From IMG/VR virus record IMGVR_UViG_3300036770_001972, positions 1 through 64,000 of that record: 64,000 bases of DNA. One strand, given 5' to 3'. Position numbers and translations under genes: made by a program. Origin of the DNA: a virus. Of the stretch, positions 35,153 through 46,500 are shown one piece after another; the stretch's first letter is position 1, and each line of letters begins with the position of its first letter. Below the pieces are notes generated by a model that saw only the letters and a program-made list of their open reading frames with translations, ran no database searches and had not been told where the DNA came from.

Positions 35153-35591
35153 CTACGATATCACCTCTGTCGAGGGCTTTCTTCTGCTCCCGAATCATTT
35201 TCTGTAGGTCGGCTGTGCTTCCGACATAGATTGAGTTGTTAGTTACGGTGGTTGTCTTGCCCTTCTCTTCTTTCTTGATGTCCTTCATGCGGCGATGAAG
35301 ATCCATGAGCCGATTGTTGGCTTCAAGAGAAGACTGAATCAATTGGGCAATCACTTCGTATGCGCGGGGCTGTTGGCTGTCCTGTGCCAACTCGCTGATC
35401 CCTTCGATTGCCTCTTGAGACTTTTCGATGATGCACTTCAGGTTGCGACGAACCTCGTCATAATCTCTGTCTGCATCGGTAGGATTGTATTGATGGTCTA
35501 CCGAAATCGCCTTCACGGGGACTATTTCAGTTGGCTCAGGATTCGTTTCGATTCCCAAAGTCTTTGCGATGTTCATGTCGATGTTGCTCAC
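35142..35591 (-). CDS. gp16: terminase small subunit
   Basis: DYDEVRRNL, PRAYEV, VGSTADLQK; GTG start with ggagg SD. Confidence 0.9.
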   Translation of the reverse strand: MSNIDMNIAKTLGIETNPEPTEIVPVKAISVDHQYNPTDADRDYDEVRRNLKCIIEKSQEAIEGISELAQDSQQPRAYEVIAQLIQSSLEANNRLMDLHRRMKDIKKEEKGKTTTVTNNSIYVGSTADLQKMIREQKKALDRGDIVDEQ

Positions 35592-35602
35592 ATTTCCTCC
35601 TG

Positions 35603-36460
35603 TCAACTTGCACCCCATGCTGTCGGTGGATACTCACGGATGTATACCTGTGCGTGTGTTGCACCCGCACCTGTCCACCCTGCGGTCAGAGAAGGTGCAT
35701 AGCCACCCGCAGTAATTCCCGCCGCAGCGGATACCCCAATGTCTGCATATGGCTTGAAAGCCGCAGTAGATGTCGTGCTTGGGGAGAAGTCCTTCGTATC
35801 GAAGATGTTGACATTCGTGTTGAGAATGAGCGGGGCTTCCTTGACAGGCCCGTACAGATACATCTTGGCAATGAACTGAATCGTTGCAAAGTTGACCTTG
35901 CGCTGTGAATAATCACCATAAGACCCATCATCACCCTCTGTCAATGCGACTGAAGACAGGACAATTGGAACATCCACATCGATATCCATTCCGTCGATTG
36001 CCTTGATCGTGAAGACATATTCAGGGGTGAAGTATGGAAGAATCTGCTCGACAATCTGCAAGCAATCGTCCATGCTCTTCGTCATTGCGCTGAGAGTCAT
36101 GTTCATGTTGTATGGAACGCGCTCCCACCGCTTCTTGAGCGATCCCCGATCTCCCGCGTTGTATCCAACAGTCTGTTGTACGCTGTTCAACTTGCGCGAG
36201 GAGTCATAAGCAAGAGACGAAATCTCAAACGCCATGCGCGGCAGATATGTCTCCAAACGCACTTGCTGCTGATCGAAGTCTGTTCCGATGCGATCAAGAC
36301 GCTTGAGGAACTTCTGCTGCGGCCCGTATGCGATAGGAACACGAATGCGCTCCTTCTCGTTTCCACTCGCATCATTGCGAACGAGATGCACATTGTTGAA
36401 TAGTGAGGCAAAGCCAACCACTACCTTTCGGACGGTACCGTGATAGTAATACTCAAGCAT
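35603..36460 (-). CDS. gp15: tail sheath stabilizer/terminator
   Basis: VPIAYGPQQKF, LPRMAFE, QIVEQILPYF. Confidence 0.95.
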   Translation of the reverse strand: MLEYYYHGTVRKVVVGFASLFNNVHLVRNDASGNEKERIRVPIAYGPQQKFLKRLDRIGTDFDQQQVRLETYLPRMAFEISSLAYDSSRKLNSVQQTVGYNAGDRGSLKKRWERVPYNMNMTLSAMTKSMDDCLQIVEQILPYFTPEYVFTIKAIDGMDIDVDVPIVLSSVALTEGDDGSYGDYSQRKVNFATIQFIAKMYLYGPVKEAPLILNTNVNIFDTKDFSPSTTSTAAFKPYADIGVSAAAGITAGGYAPSLTAGWTGAGATHAQVYIREYPPTAWGAS

Positions 36461-36463
36461 CGA

Positions 36464-37357
36464 TCATGGATCTCCGAATGGGTTGGCTTCATCGAAGTTG
36501 AAGACGGAATTCGCTTCGGTTTCGATCTCTTCGTTCTTGGCTTCGTCAAGGATGCCCATCGTGTCATCCTTGGAGACAATTGGGGCATACAGGTTGACAC
36601 CCGCTTTGGCTATGTAGGCGGTTGCTCCCTTTTCCGTTTCTTCGATCCAAGTACCAACAACATTGGATAGAGATATTCGGAGCGGAGTGATACTAGGCTC
36701 ATACGAGTAGACCACCGCCCTCGCAGACGCTCCCGCAGTTGAACCTGTAATTGATCCATTCGCGTATTGATAAACGCTGTCGCCTTCTGCAAAAGATCCT
36801 GTTCCATAGATCCCCCCAAGGTTGAGGTTGACTTTGAATCCCGTCTCGTCGTTGATTGCGTCGAGTTCGGGAACTCCAGTATTGAAGTCCTCTTCGGAAT
36901 ACTGGAAGAGTTCGCATGTCAATTGATAGGAGTAGAGTTTGCCCAACTGATAGAAGGGATTCTCATGCTCCACGAACTTCACCTCAAACAAACCCTTGCT
37001 GATTGGAAGGTAGAGTAAGTCTCCTTCCAAGGGTCTATCCATACCTGTTTCGCGCTTGAAACGCTTTCTGGAAACGGTGAACTTTACGCTGTCACGGATC
37101 TCAAAGCCAAACTTGGTAAAGGTATCGCCTCCTTCAAATGCTGTAGTCGTATCCATGTACATTTCGATCATCTTGAAATTGGTGAACCGCGAATACTGCG
37201 ACTCTCCAAACAGATCGTCCCGCGTTACCATCTCGCGGGGAATGTAGTACATCTCCTGCCCATAGATCTTGATTGCCTCTACCGTGAGGTCTTCTACAAG
37301 ATTCTGCTCGGGCTGATATGTCTTTGTGTTGACACGGATGTACGGATTTAGTGCCAT
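36464..37357 (-). CDS. gp14: neck protein (head closure)
   Basis: EAIKIYG, PLEGDLLY, FVEHENPFYQLG, DEANPFG. Confidence 0.95.
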   Translation of the reverse strand: MALNPYIRVNTKTYQPEQNLVEDLTVEAIKIYGQEMYYIPREMVTRDDLFGESQYSRFTNFKMIEMYMDTTTAFEGGDTFTKFGFEIRDSVKFTVSRKRFKRETGMDRPLEGDLLYLPISKGLFEVKFVEHENPFYQLGKLYSYQLTCELFQYSEEDFNTGVPELDAINDETGFKVNLNLGGIYGTGSFAEGDSVYQYANGSITGSTAGASARAVVYSYEPSITPLRISLSNVVGTWIEETEKGATAYIAKAGVNLYAPIVSKDDTMGILDEAKNEEIETEANSVFNFDEANPFGDP

Positions 37358-37366
37358 TCTTATTCC

Positions 37367-38221
37367 TTATCCCATGATGAAATCAACAGGCAGTTCGCCC
37401 TTCAGGATGATTTCCTTCTCAATCTCTTCCTTCTGCTGCCAAGAGTCCTTCATCATTGACTGACCGTCAAGGGTGATGTCACCAGGCAACTTGATGCCGT
37501 TGTACTTAGAGAGGTTCACTCCCCATTGCCAACGAACCAATGCGACCAAATACTTCTTCAGCAAGCGGTCGTTGTATACTTCGGGATACACGCGAGGATC
37601 AAGGATGCGATACGCTTCGATGATCAAATACATTCCCGCATTCAATTGCCGTCTGTCGCTGTCCAAGTACAACTTGTTCGCCACGCGATTGAAACGAATG
37701 CTCTTGTCGGGCGACAGGAACTGACGAAGCAACTGTAGGTATTGCTGCGTCATGTCGTACTGCACCAAGTCAATGGTGCCGAAGGTATAAAGATCGTTTA
37801 GTGCGTATTGGTACCGCACATCGAACATACCCACCGACTGTTGGGTGAACGGGAAGATGCGGGTGACGCTGACGATCAGGTTCTGTAGAAGGACATTCTC
37901 AGGGCATTCGGGGTCTTGGCTAGTCTGAATAGCCTCACTATCCTCAAAGCCCGATCCATCGGCTGTTTCCGACTGCACATTGTCGGCGGTAAATGAAATA
38001 TACCCGTTGTCAATGTCCGTTTGGGACAACTTGTACTTCAGGTAAACCTTCTCAACCCCGTCAAAGTGATACTCGGAGAAAAATTGGAGAGCATCGTTGA
38101 GACGATCCTCCAACTGTTCATCCGCGATGTTGATTTCAACTACGGGGTGACCGTTTGCGCGTAGTGCGTACTCTCTTAGTTCCGCTCTCGTTGAGATCAG
38201 TCCGCTGCTGCAACTCGACAT
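37367..38221 (-). CDS. gp13: neck protein (adaptor)
   Basis: LRANGHPVVEIN, EYHFDG, QWGVNLSKY, LPGDITLDG. Confidence 0.95.
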   Translation of the reverse strand: MSSCSSGLISTRAELREYALRANGHPVVEINIADEQLEDRLNDALQFFSEYHFDGVEKVYLKYKLSQTDIDNGYISFTADNVQSETADGSGFEDSEAIQTSQDPECPENVLLQNLIVSVTRIFPFTQQSVGMFDVRYQYALNDLYTFGTIDLVQYDMTQQYLQLLRQFLSPDKSIRFNRVANKLYLDSDRRQLNAGMYLIIEAYRILDPRVYPEVYNDRLLKKYLVALVRWQWGVNLSKYNGIKLPGDITLDGQSMMKDSWQQKEEIEKEIILKGELPVDFIMG

Positions 38222-38561
38222 TTGGCGTTTCCTCCACAGGATATTTAGCCTTTATGTCGGGTTCAGGCATGGACTCTTTCTTGGCTGCTTCTACATCAGC
38301 CGCCACCTGTTGATTCTCCTTGGTGACTTCGACAAGCAGTCTGAAGAAATCGTCTATGCGGGAGAGATATCTTTCCCCATCTTCCCACACTCCGACTACA
38401 GTCCAAGAGTTGTTCTCGGTTCTGTAGTGTCTGCGCTTTCCATCGTAAAACATCACAATCAGACCATTTGGATGCTGATAGGCGGGTTCCAAACGCTTGA
38501 ACAGTTCAAGGGGAACCTTGAGACCGTTCAGATAGATGTTGTCTTTGTCGTGCTTGAACAT
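38136..38561 (-). CDS. hypothetical protein
   Basis: ORF between the fiber and gp13; overlaps the gp13 start by 86 nt. Confidence 0.65.
   Translation of the reverse strand: MFKHDKDNIYLNGLKVPLELFKRLEPAYQHPNGLIVMFYDGKRRHYRTENNSWTVVGVWEDGERYLSRIDDFFRLLVEVTKENQQVAADVEAAKKESMPEPDIKAKYPVEETPNVELQQRTDLNESGTKRVRTTRKRSPRS
38242..38248 (-). promoter_or_regulatory. T4-type late promoter (gp13)
   Basis: CTAAATA then ggagg SD and ATG 38221. Confidence 0.65.
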
Positions 38562-38564
38562 CGA

Positions 38565-41500
38565 TTAGAACGGAAGTTGTTCCGAATCTCCCTTGATTAC
38601 TTCATGGATTGTGGCTGTATCGACCATCGCGCTCAAATCCGTCTGACTGACTGTCATGACGATCTTGGAGTTGATTCCCTGAACACGACCTGTACCGATG
38701 AAGCGGGGTGTTTGGACTCCTGTCACAAAGTCGGTGCCCGTCTTGCCCTTTGAAAGTCCTGTGGTGGAAAGCAAGTCGGGGCTTGAAACATTCGAATTGA
38801 TTGCAAGTACCGCAAACTTGTTTTCCTCCGTTCCCTGCCCAATTCCAGTTGTCTCACCGCCCTTGCTAGTACCCACATCCGAAAGAATGCGGACGAAATC
38901 CTTGATTCTCACATTTGCATTGACTGCAAGAATACCAGGCCCGATGATATCGGCATCACCAACAACAACATTTCCATTCAACACCGTAGTTGGGGCACGA
39001 TTGCCTTTGATGTGCGTCTTGCCGATCTTGTCCAAATCACGGGTGATGTTGATTGTGCCGCCATTATCGGTGATCACGGGGAACGAATTGCGAGAGAAGA
39101 TTGCACCCGCTGCCTCTGCATTAGACCCGCTATCGGCAGCAAGACCATAGTAAGAATCCGACACCGTGCAATGCTTCAGAACGATGGTTCCACCATTCGT
39201 GGCATGCGCGGCAACTGGATAGTTCAGGAACATGGAGTCCCTAGCCTTGATGGTTCCACCATCAGTCTGCAAACCGATTGCGTTGCTGTATGCCCCACCC
39301 GTAATGAATGATGCCAAGGAAGCATCGGTCATCGCTGCTGTGGTGGAGTGATTGATAAACGCAATACCATCACCATCTGTTCCACCAACCGCCCAATCGC
39401 CAATGTATGTCCGTGTGTTTCTTCCTGAGAACACAGCACCATTTGAAGATGTTGTATGGATGGTAACACCGTATACATCAACCGAATTGATGTAGTTGGT
39501 GAATGTCTGATTCAGCAGATTGCCGAATGTCATCGAACCCTCGTTCTTGACATGCAGCGTGAAATACTGTCCGCTGATTCCAACGACTTCGTGTCCACCG
39601 ACGATCATGTTCATCAGACCGCCCGTGCCGCTTGTGACTCCGTCGAATCCTGAAGAGATGCCGTTGGAATTTGTCATACCACCGACAAGGGCTAGTGGTG
39701 GAAGGAAGCGAACTGCACTTCCCGTTGCCGCAATCATGCTTTGTGCCGTGCCGATGTTTACCTGAAGTGCAAACCGCGTGGTGTCTGTTGCTCCAAGTGC
39801 TGTATACAGAGGTAGGAATGTGATTCCCTGAACGGTCTGTGTAACAAGGCTTCCTTGTTCTGCACGGATGTACAAGTCGCGGTCAATGTAGTTGAACCAC
39901 GGCTGATTCAATGTGTACACACCGCGAGTCAGGATGATGTCAAAAGGTGTTGCAAATGCAGATGCAGAGTCGTTGATCACCGATAGGTTGTACACGGAGG
40001 ATCGATTGATCTTGACATTTGGATTCGGGGAAACCGTAAGTGGCTTCGTGAATCTCCCGTATGGGAAGGTGCTTTCATTCACAGAGTCGGTCGGATCTCT
40101 GTAATAGAAAGGTGCCTCTGTTGTCGGTGCGATGTTGCTTGCAGAGAATACCGACATCGCATAAGAGAAGTCTGTTGGATACAGAGGATCCATGGATAGA
40201 TTCTGCGACAAGAAAGTCCTCGCGGGATTGCCGACGATGCCGTTCTTGTACACGGATTCGGGTGCCAACCAAATAGATTTTGGCAGATCACCGCCTACAA
40301 ATTGACAGACGCAATCCGCACCATCTGCTCCCGCAGGGCCTTGCGGGCCTGCTGGGCCTTGCGGGCCCTGACTGCCGTCTTGTCCGTCTTGTCCATCCGC
40401 TCCATCATTACCCGCAGGGCCTTGAGGGCCTTGAGGGCCTGTCTCGCCAGTTGCGCCAGTTGCGCCAGTATGACCGCGAGGGCCAATTTCAATCCCAGGT
40501 CCTTGGAATTGGCGATGTCGAATGATCCAGTTCGTAGCCACATACGGCGGCATCAAAGAGATTGGCTCATTGTCTGCCGTGAATCCTGCTTCATATGATG
40601 TCGTTTGAGCAACATCTACTGTTCTCTGAGAGGCAGCAATTGCCACACGATTGGTCGCACCTGAAGAGGAAGACTCTGTAGTGTAGAGATAGTTTCCGTG
40701 ATCGGGAATCTCGTTCGATGCCAACAGGTGGGTATCATCACCACCAATCTCTCCCCGCTTCAACTCAGTCAGACCTGACGAGTATCCCACGCCGAATGCA
40801 GTTCTAGCCCGCATGTCGGGAATAAAGAACCGCTCCGATGTTGCACCAGTTGCCTCTCCCACCTCAAGCGACTGAATCGTCACTTGAGAACTTGCGACTG
40901 CTCCGCTGAAATCAACGGGAGTGCAGCCAGGGTAATTTCTTGCATATTGGAAGCGAACTTCGGTTGTGTTTGCCGCAGTCAGCGTTCCGATTGCAAAGTC
41001 ATTCGTTCCACCCCAACCAATCTTATACTCAAGATATGTGTCATTGTCATATGCATCAACCAATCCATGTGCGGTTGTGCCTGGATAGTCTTCATGTCCC
41101 TCCGTTGAGAAAGAAATGATGACATCCCGAGCCGTGTTACCCATCGGGCCTGTTGTGCTTGAGACGAGACCCGTTACCTTGTACTTGTCCCCGATGATCT
41201 CATACAGATGGCTATAGATTTCGCCATCCATGGGATTCTCTCCGACCTTACGGACGGCAGCACCATCACAGATTCTCCAAGTGGAGGGTACTGTTTGGAA
41301 ACTTCCTGCCCATGGGATCATCGATCCAACGGGAGAGTACAGCGATGCACTTGATGTCTGTGGGAGTGCATTGATCACGAATCCCTTGTCGGTATCCGTG
41401 GCGACGATCATTCCTTGAATGTATGACGCACCATCGAAAGGACGAATCGGGGTCAGATACCCCGCATTTGTCGGTGACAGATAGTAGACATTTCCTGCGG

Positions 41501-41789
41501 TGAGGCTTGTTGCACCGTCATCAATGTCCAAGGCGGCTCCTTCGAAATCGATTTCGCCTTGGTAGACTACTGTGATCGATTCCGTCGAAGCCGCCTCGAC
41601 AACACCCACCGTCTGAGATGTCTCCAAATCATCGGCAAGACCTAGAGCGAATCCTGTAACGCCGCCCGTATAGACTACGACATTACCCGCTGCGAAACCG
41701 TGCCCTGAGGGGACAGTCCAAGTGTTGAGGATTCTGCGGCCATCACTACCGCCGCCGCCGCCGATGATTGGGATTGCACTATATGCCAT
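38565..41789 (-). CDS. tail fiber/spike with tail-collar domain, collagen-like repeat and probable C-terminal beta-helix
   Basis: PVGSMIPWAG...WRICDG, FFIPDMR, PPYVATNWIIR, (Gxy)19. Confidence 0.8.
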   Translation of the reverse strand: MAYSAIPIIGGGGGSDGRRILNTWTVPSGHGFAAGNVVVYTGGVTGFALGLADDLETSQTVGVVEAASTESITVVYQGEIDFEGAALDIDDGATSLTAGNVYYLSPTNAGYLTPIRPFDGASYIQGMIVATDTDKGFVINALPQTSSASLYSPVGSMIPWAGSFQTVPSTWRICDGAAVRKVGENPMDGEIYSHLYEIIGDKYKVTGLVSSTTGPMGNTARDVIISFSTEGHEDYPGTTAHGLVDAYDNDTYLEYKIGWGGTNDFAIGTLTAANTTEVRFQYARNYPGCTPVDFSGAVASSQVTIQSLEVGEATGATSERFFIPDMRARTAFGVGYSSGLTELKRGEIGGDDTHLLASNEIPDHGNYLYTTESSSSGATNRVAIAASQRTVDVAQTTSYEAGFTADNEPISLMPPYVATNWIIRHRQFQGPGIEIGPRGHTGATGATGETGPQGPQGPAGNDGADGQDGQDGSQGPQGPAGPQGPAGADGADCVCQFVGGDLPKSIWLAPESVYKNGIVGNPARTFLSQNLSMDPLYPTDFSYAMSVFSASNIAPTTEAPFYYRDPTDSVNESTFPYGRFTKPLTVSPNPNVKINRSSVYNLSVINDSASAFATPFDIILTRGVYTLNQPWFNYIDRDLYIRAEQGSLVTQTVQGITFLPLYTALGATDTTRFALQVNIGTAQSMIAATGSAVRFLPPLALVGGMTNSNGISSGFDGVTSGTGGLMNMIVGGHEVVGISGQYFTLHVKNEGSMTFGNLLNQTFTNYINSVDVYGVTIHTTSSNGAVFSGRNTRTYIGDWAVGGTDGDGIAFINHSTTAAMTDASLASFITGGAYSNAIGLQTDGGTIKARDSMFLNYPVAAHATNGGTIVLKHCTVSDSYYGLAADSGSNAEAAGAIFSRNSFPVITDNGGTINITRDLDKIGKTHIKGNRAPTTVLNGNVVVGDADIIGPGILAVNANVRIKDFVRILSDVGTSKGGETTGIGQGTEENKFAVLAINSNVSSPDLLSTTGLSKGKTGTDFVTGVQTPRFIGTGRVQGINSKIVMTVSQTDLSAMVDTATIHEVIKGDSEQLPF
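40314..40484 (-). repeat. collagen-like Gly-X-Y repeat, 19 triplets
   Basis: GPRGHTGATGATGETGPQ...GADGAD followed by CVC. Confidence 0.9.
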
Positions 41790-41825
41790 TAGTGGAGTTC
41801 CTACCTTTAATAGTCAGACTGCCAC

Positions 41826-41832
41826 TATTTAG
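41826..41832 (-). promoter_or_regulatory. T4-type late promoter
   Basis: CTAAATA. Confidence 0.65.
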
Positions 41833-41841
41833 CGACAATCT

Positions 41842-43068
41842 TTACCCCTGATCGCCCTCGTTCAGGATGGCATCGGTAGCGAACTTGAGATTCGCCTCAA
41901 TGCGCTCCTTCTGATCGGGCGGGAACTTGCCCTGTTGGAGCAACTGAATGCTTGCAATACGGGATTCGCGGTAGTGTCCCGTCCAAAACGCCGCGATTGC
42001 AAACTCATCCAACATTGCCCAATCGTAGATTCCCTGCCCGACGAAAAGGGCACCTTCGGGGTATCTAACCTTTAGACCCTGCTTGGCGAACCGATAGCCC
42101 TGATCGAACCGTGAGAATGCACGGCAGAGACGGGCAGCAGCCCAAAGGCTTTCTGCTCTCCAAGGAGCGACCTGATATGCCTTGAAGTAGACCTGAATGA
42201 TGTTGTCAACAGGCTTCTCCAAGATTTCCATGATACGACCCGCCTGATAGAGGCTGTAGAAGACCTCTTCATTCCAACCACCGAGATCTGCTCTCTTGAG
42301 ATATGCCGCCAAAGCGGGTTCCCATTGCTGCGAGTCACGGTACGACTGAGCAAGATAGAAGTGATAACGATTGAAGTCCTTCTCTTCGACCTTGCCTGTG
42401 GCGAGAGCCGCTTCGAACTTCTCAGCATCCTTCTTGTACTTCTCAGGATCCGAGGAACGGGCACCGTCCTGAATCGGGGTGTTCATGAATCCACGGGCAA
42501 AGTCGCGGGTGCCGATTGGATCATGGCAGTCCACATACTCATGGAGAACACCACGGTAGTAGAACCGCTTCTTGTTGCTTGTCATCTGCGGACGGTGATA
42601 TCGAGTCTGTCCGAAGTGGGCGAAGATGTTGTATAGATCGGCATTCAGGGTTTCCTTGAACTTCATCGGATCGAAGCCTGGCTCATACACCAAGATCTCA
42701 TCCGCATCAATCATGTATGCATAGTCGGTGTCGGTCTTCTGACACAGTTCAAGAGCCTCGCTGCGGTTGTGACCGAAGTCAACCCACGGACGCTCATGGA
42801 GTTCTCCCTTGATGCCGTTGCGCTCAAAGAAGTCCTTGATCTTTTGCTGTGTGCCGTCTGTCGATCCTGTGTCAACGATGACCCAGTAATCGATGATCGG
42901 AAGTACAGAAGAGAGGCACCGCTCAATGACATGAGCCTCGTTCTTGACGATCATGCAAAGGCTGATCGTCTTGTGCTTCTTGTCGTTCGTGGTTGCTGTT
43001 GTGACCGCGTCTGTGGGGGAGGTCGAAACAACATTCGTCGGTGCGTCAATCGTCATAGTCTCGCTCAT
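41842..43068 (-). CDS. GT2 glycosyltransferase with C-terminal TPR-like helices
   Basis: SLCMIVKNE, DTGSTDGT, DFGHNR, DADE, GVLHE, FYLAQSYRD. Confidence 0.92.
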   Translation of the reverse strand: MSETMTIDAPTNVVSTSPTDAVTTATTNDKKHKTISLCMIVKNEAHVIERCLSSVLPIIDYWVIVDTGSTDGTQQKIKDFFERNGIKGELHERPWVDFGHNRSEALELCQKTDTDYAYMIDADEILVYEPGFDPMKFKETLNADLYNIFAHFGQTRYHRPQMTSNKKRFYYRGVLHEYVDCHDPIGTRDFARGFMNTPIQDGARSSDPEKYKKDAEKFEAALATGKVEEKDFNRYHFYLAQSYRDSQQWEPALAAYLKRADLGGWNEEVFYSLYQAGRIMEILEKPVDNIIQVYFKAYQVAPWRAESLWAAARLCRAFSRFDQGYRFAKQGLKVRYPEGALFVGQGIYDWAMLDEFAIAAFWTGHYRESRIASIQLLQQGKFPPDQKERIEANLKFATDAILNEGDQG

Positions 43069-43101
43069 TACAATCTCCATGATGAAAGGGGGTGTGTCAG
43101 A

Positions 43102-43108
43102 TATTTAG
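43102..43108 (-). promoter_or_regulatory. T4-type late promoter (glycosyltransferase)
   Basis: CTAAATA. Confidence 0.65.
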
Positions 43109-43145
43109 TGCGCCCAAGGTCAATGCTCAAAAGACCTTGTTGAGA

Positions 43146-43487
43146 TTACGGAATTTTCGTAACTTCGGGATAGACCGTAATCATGCCCTGCACAACTCTT
43201 TGGACAGTCGCGCTTCCGTTTGAGTGCAATTCGACATCATAAAACCAAACTCCTGCTTTGGCATTCGCAGATGCGGTAGGCCCCAAAGAAACCGTGATGT
43301 TTCCTGTTGCTCCTGTGATTGATGCCGTGAAGTTTATGCCTGTTGTCGATGAATAGAACCTACGCATCTGTGCGTATGCCGTGTATCCCGAGGCAATATC
43401 CAATGGAAGACCGTCATCCCCCTTCACCACATAAGAGAAGGAGAAATTTGATCCCTGATCCATGTCTCTATTGATCGTTTGTGCCAT
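43146..43487 (-). CDS. small virion structural protein (BppU N-terminal-like)
   Basis: DQGSNF...AQMRR...YDVE...RVVQG.ITVYPEVT. Confidence 0.75.
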   Translation of the reverse strand: MAQTINRDMDQGSNFSFSYVVKGDDGLPLDIASGYTAYAQMRRFYSSTTGINFTASITGATGNITVSLGPTASANAKAGVWFYDVELHSNGSATVQRVVQGMITVYPEVTKIP

Positions 43488-43501
43488 AAGTGATTAGCCT
43501 A

Positions 43502-46500
43502 TTAGGGTTTCTTGCCGATTGCCATCCACGACGCACCGATCAGATAGTTAAGATTTCCCTCACTTGCCTTGCCCAACACAATCACACCGCCGTTTGCAGT
43601 CATTGCTGCAATTTGACCGTATGAATCTCCTGCCCCATTGAATTGAGAATATCGCGGGGTAACATTGCAAGACCATGCAACAGTTGCGAACGGAGTTGGC
43701 CAAGTTATGCTCTTGTAAAGATTGCCGCTTGAATTCGTAAGTTCTGCGCGGGGGACAAATCCCCATTGAATAAGAATTCCACCTGGTAGTTCTGTATATC
43801 CATTCTCTTGATCAGAATATGCAGATGACTGTGAGCCACCAGTTCCCGTTTGATACCAAACAAAGCCTTCGGGATATCCTGCGGTACTTGTTGGTGGTGC
43901 AGCAGAACTGACATTATGCATCGGGCGACAGGAAACTTCACCTGTCTTGTAGTCGATGACAAGATTGCGGGAATCTGCATCTCTCTGATTCTGATCGTAG
44001 AATGCAGTTGGGCCTGTAAGACCAAAATTGAGGGCAGGGTACATACGCACATTGCATGTACTGCCACCCGTGATCATCAGAGAATTGCTGCCCGAAAGCG
44101 AGATACGAGCAGACTCATTGATGAAGAGTCTGTTGCCGACATAGTAATCTGCACTTACACCACCCGCCACAATCGCATCGACGCTGTCTGCGCCACCCAA
44201 TCCTTGGATATTGATGTTGCCCGTAACGGTCAATGTACCATGGAAGGTATCGTCTGCATCGCGGCGAAGAACTCTAGCATTCGTGCGGAACTGCACCCTA
44301 TCGGCTTCGGTAAGAGTACGAGCCGCACCACCCTCTACCGTGTGGTTGATGTCGTAGCGAATGTAGTAGTTGTCGTGATTGTGACCCGTTAGGATCGTCG
44401 CCTGTAGACCTTTCTTGGAGCGAATGATCCAATGCAAGCCGACATATGGGGGATAGATGCTGAACGGCGAAGGTTCAACACCAGTTCCTTGTAGACCGCC
44501 AGTTTCCGCAGTAGAAGATCCATACGAAGTGCTGAACTGATCCGTCTGCACCACGCTATTAAGTGAGTGCGTGTGTGGGGGGATGTTGTTCTCAAGCAGG
44601 ATGACCTCTTCTTCGCCACCCACGGTTCCCAAGGAGATCGCGGGGGAGATCACACCGCTGCCGCTCAAGCCCGTGCCATTCGATACACCAAATGCAGTCC
44701 GTCTCCGCATGTCGGGAAGGAAGAACACAGATCTGCCAACGGTCGATCCAACAGAGCGACCATAGACCTTGATTTCTGTATCTTCAACAACTTCGGTGAA
44801 AGGAGAGGATGCGAAAGAGACTCTGCGAGTGGCTTCGGTGACTGTGGCGACAATTACCGATGCGCTACCAGTTGTCCATACGAGCCGCAACGCATCTCCA
44901 ACCGCCAAACCGCGAGTATCGCCGTCGATGGTAATGGTACTTGCATCATAGACCGTTGCATCTGCATAATGGTTTTGACCAATTGCGGAATATAGATCAT
45001 TCCACTCGTTCTGAGACTTTGCCTTGCCATCGCAAAGCAACCAACCATCGGGAATCTGATCTATAGCACCCGCAAATGGCTGAACTGCGCCGATTGGAGC
45101 AACCGAACGAAGATAAACCAAATCACTTGGTGTATCACCAACAATGACACCCGTATAGTTGATGACATATCCCGAGTCGTATCCTGTTGCGAGGAAGATA
45201 GCCTTGCGTACTTCCCCCGCCTGTACTTCATATGCACCACCATCGGGATCGCTGATGAGGCGACCACCAACATCGGGGTGCAGATAGTATGCCTGACCAG
45301 TAGCAAGAGGATAAAGACCCGTCAAGCCACCGCTGCCTGTCAATCCCTTGATGAATCCCTTCGTGACGAGACTGAAACAATCGCCGCTGACACTTTCAAC
45401 CATGCCGATTGCTTCTGCATTGGGAACTGTGTTTGCCTGAGCGAATGTAAGAGTGCCGTCAAGATCGAATCGCAGAACATGCCCGACTTGGAACGCATGT
45501 CCTGTTTGGCAGAAACGCTTGCGAATAGCGTCTGCGCGAATCCAATCTTCATGCAAGCGACCGTCATCCAACGAAACTGGAATAGACCATGGAGTTGCTG
45601 TCGTGAGTGCATGGGCACCGTCGAGTTGATCTGCATTGAACCACTTGACCCAATTTGTCACGGGGATATTGGGGTAAACAGCAGGCCCTGTGCTGCCCGA
45701 GTAAACTACTCCGAATGTGATTCCCGCTTCGCCCGTGGCACTATGCCACATGGTAAGTTGCTGACCTACTTGATATTTGGTAAATGGTGTTTCAGTTCCA
45801 TTGAAACCAAGGTAGGTATAGGTATTGTCCGCAGCCCCATATCCATAAGAAGCAAACTTGGAGGAAACGACATGTGCGTCTGCACCAGTTACACCAATGT
45901 TTGTGTTGCTGAAGAAGCCGTACCAATCTACGCTTCCGATGGGGGCACTCTTTAGCCATACCCAATCTTTGTCACCCTGCAAGCCCTTTACGCGGATTCC
46001 AGCGGGCTGAAGCAGAGTATCGCTATAGAAGTCAGTTCCATCTACAACATCGCCCGATACTGTTACGGTTTGTTGATAGGCGGTTCCAGTAACAACCAAT
46101 TTACCAGTTGCAATGATGTCGCCAACTCCACCTTCGCTAAAAGCCCCCAATCGAATAGTTCCTGTCGTGCCTGAGGGGGAGACAGACCAATTCGAAACTT
46201 GCCCAATTGTTGTTGCGTTGGCTTCTGTCGGTGGATTGATAGTATCGTGATAAAAGGCTGTGCTTCCAACATCGAACGATGTTCCAGTAAGGCTTGATCC
46301 CGAAATCGTGAACTGGACATACCGAGCGTATGCCAATTCAATCAGTTTATCTTCAATACGCAGATCATTCGAATCGATGTAAGAAATGTCATCTTGAACA
46401 TTCAAGTTGCCGATGATGTTGACATTGCCCTGAATTGTAAAATCGCCGTTGCCGCTGTCACCGAACACAACCGTATTCGGAAGCATACGATTTGCAGTTG

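Noticed and set aside
40314-40484. CRISPR-like or DGR-like DNA repeats
   Set aside because: These are 9-nt collagen codon repeats; no spacer pattern and no reverse transcriptase in the window.
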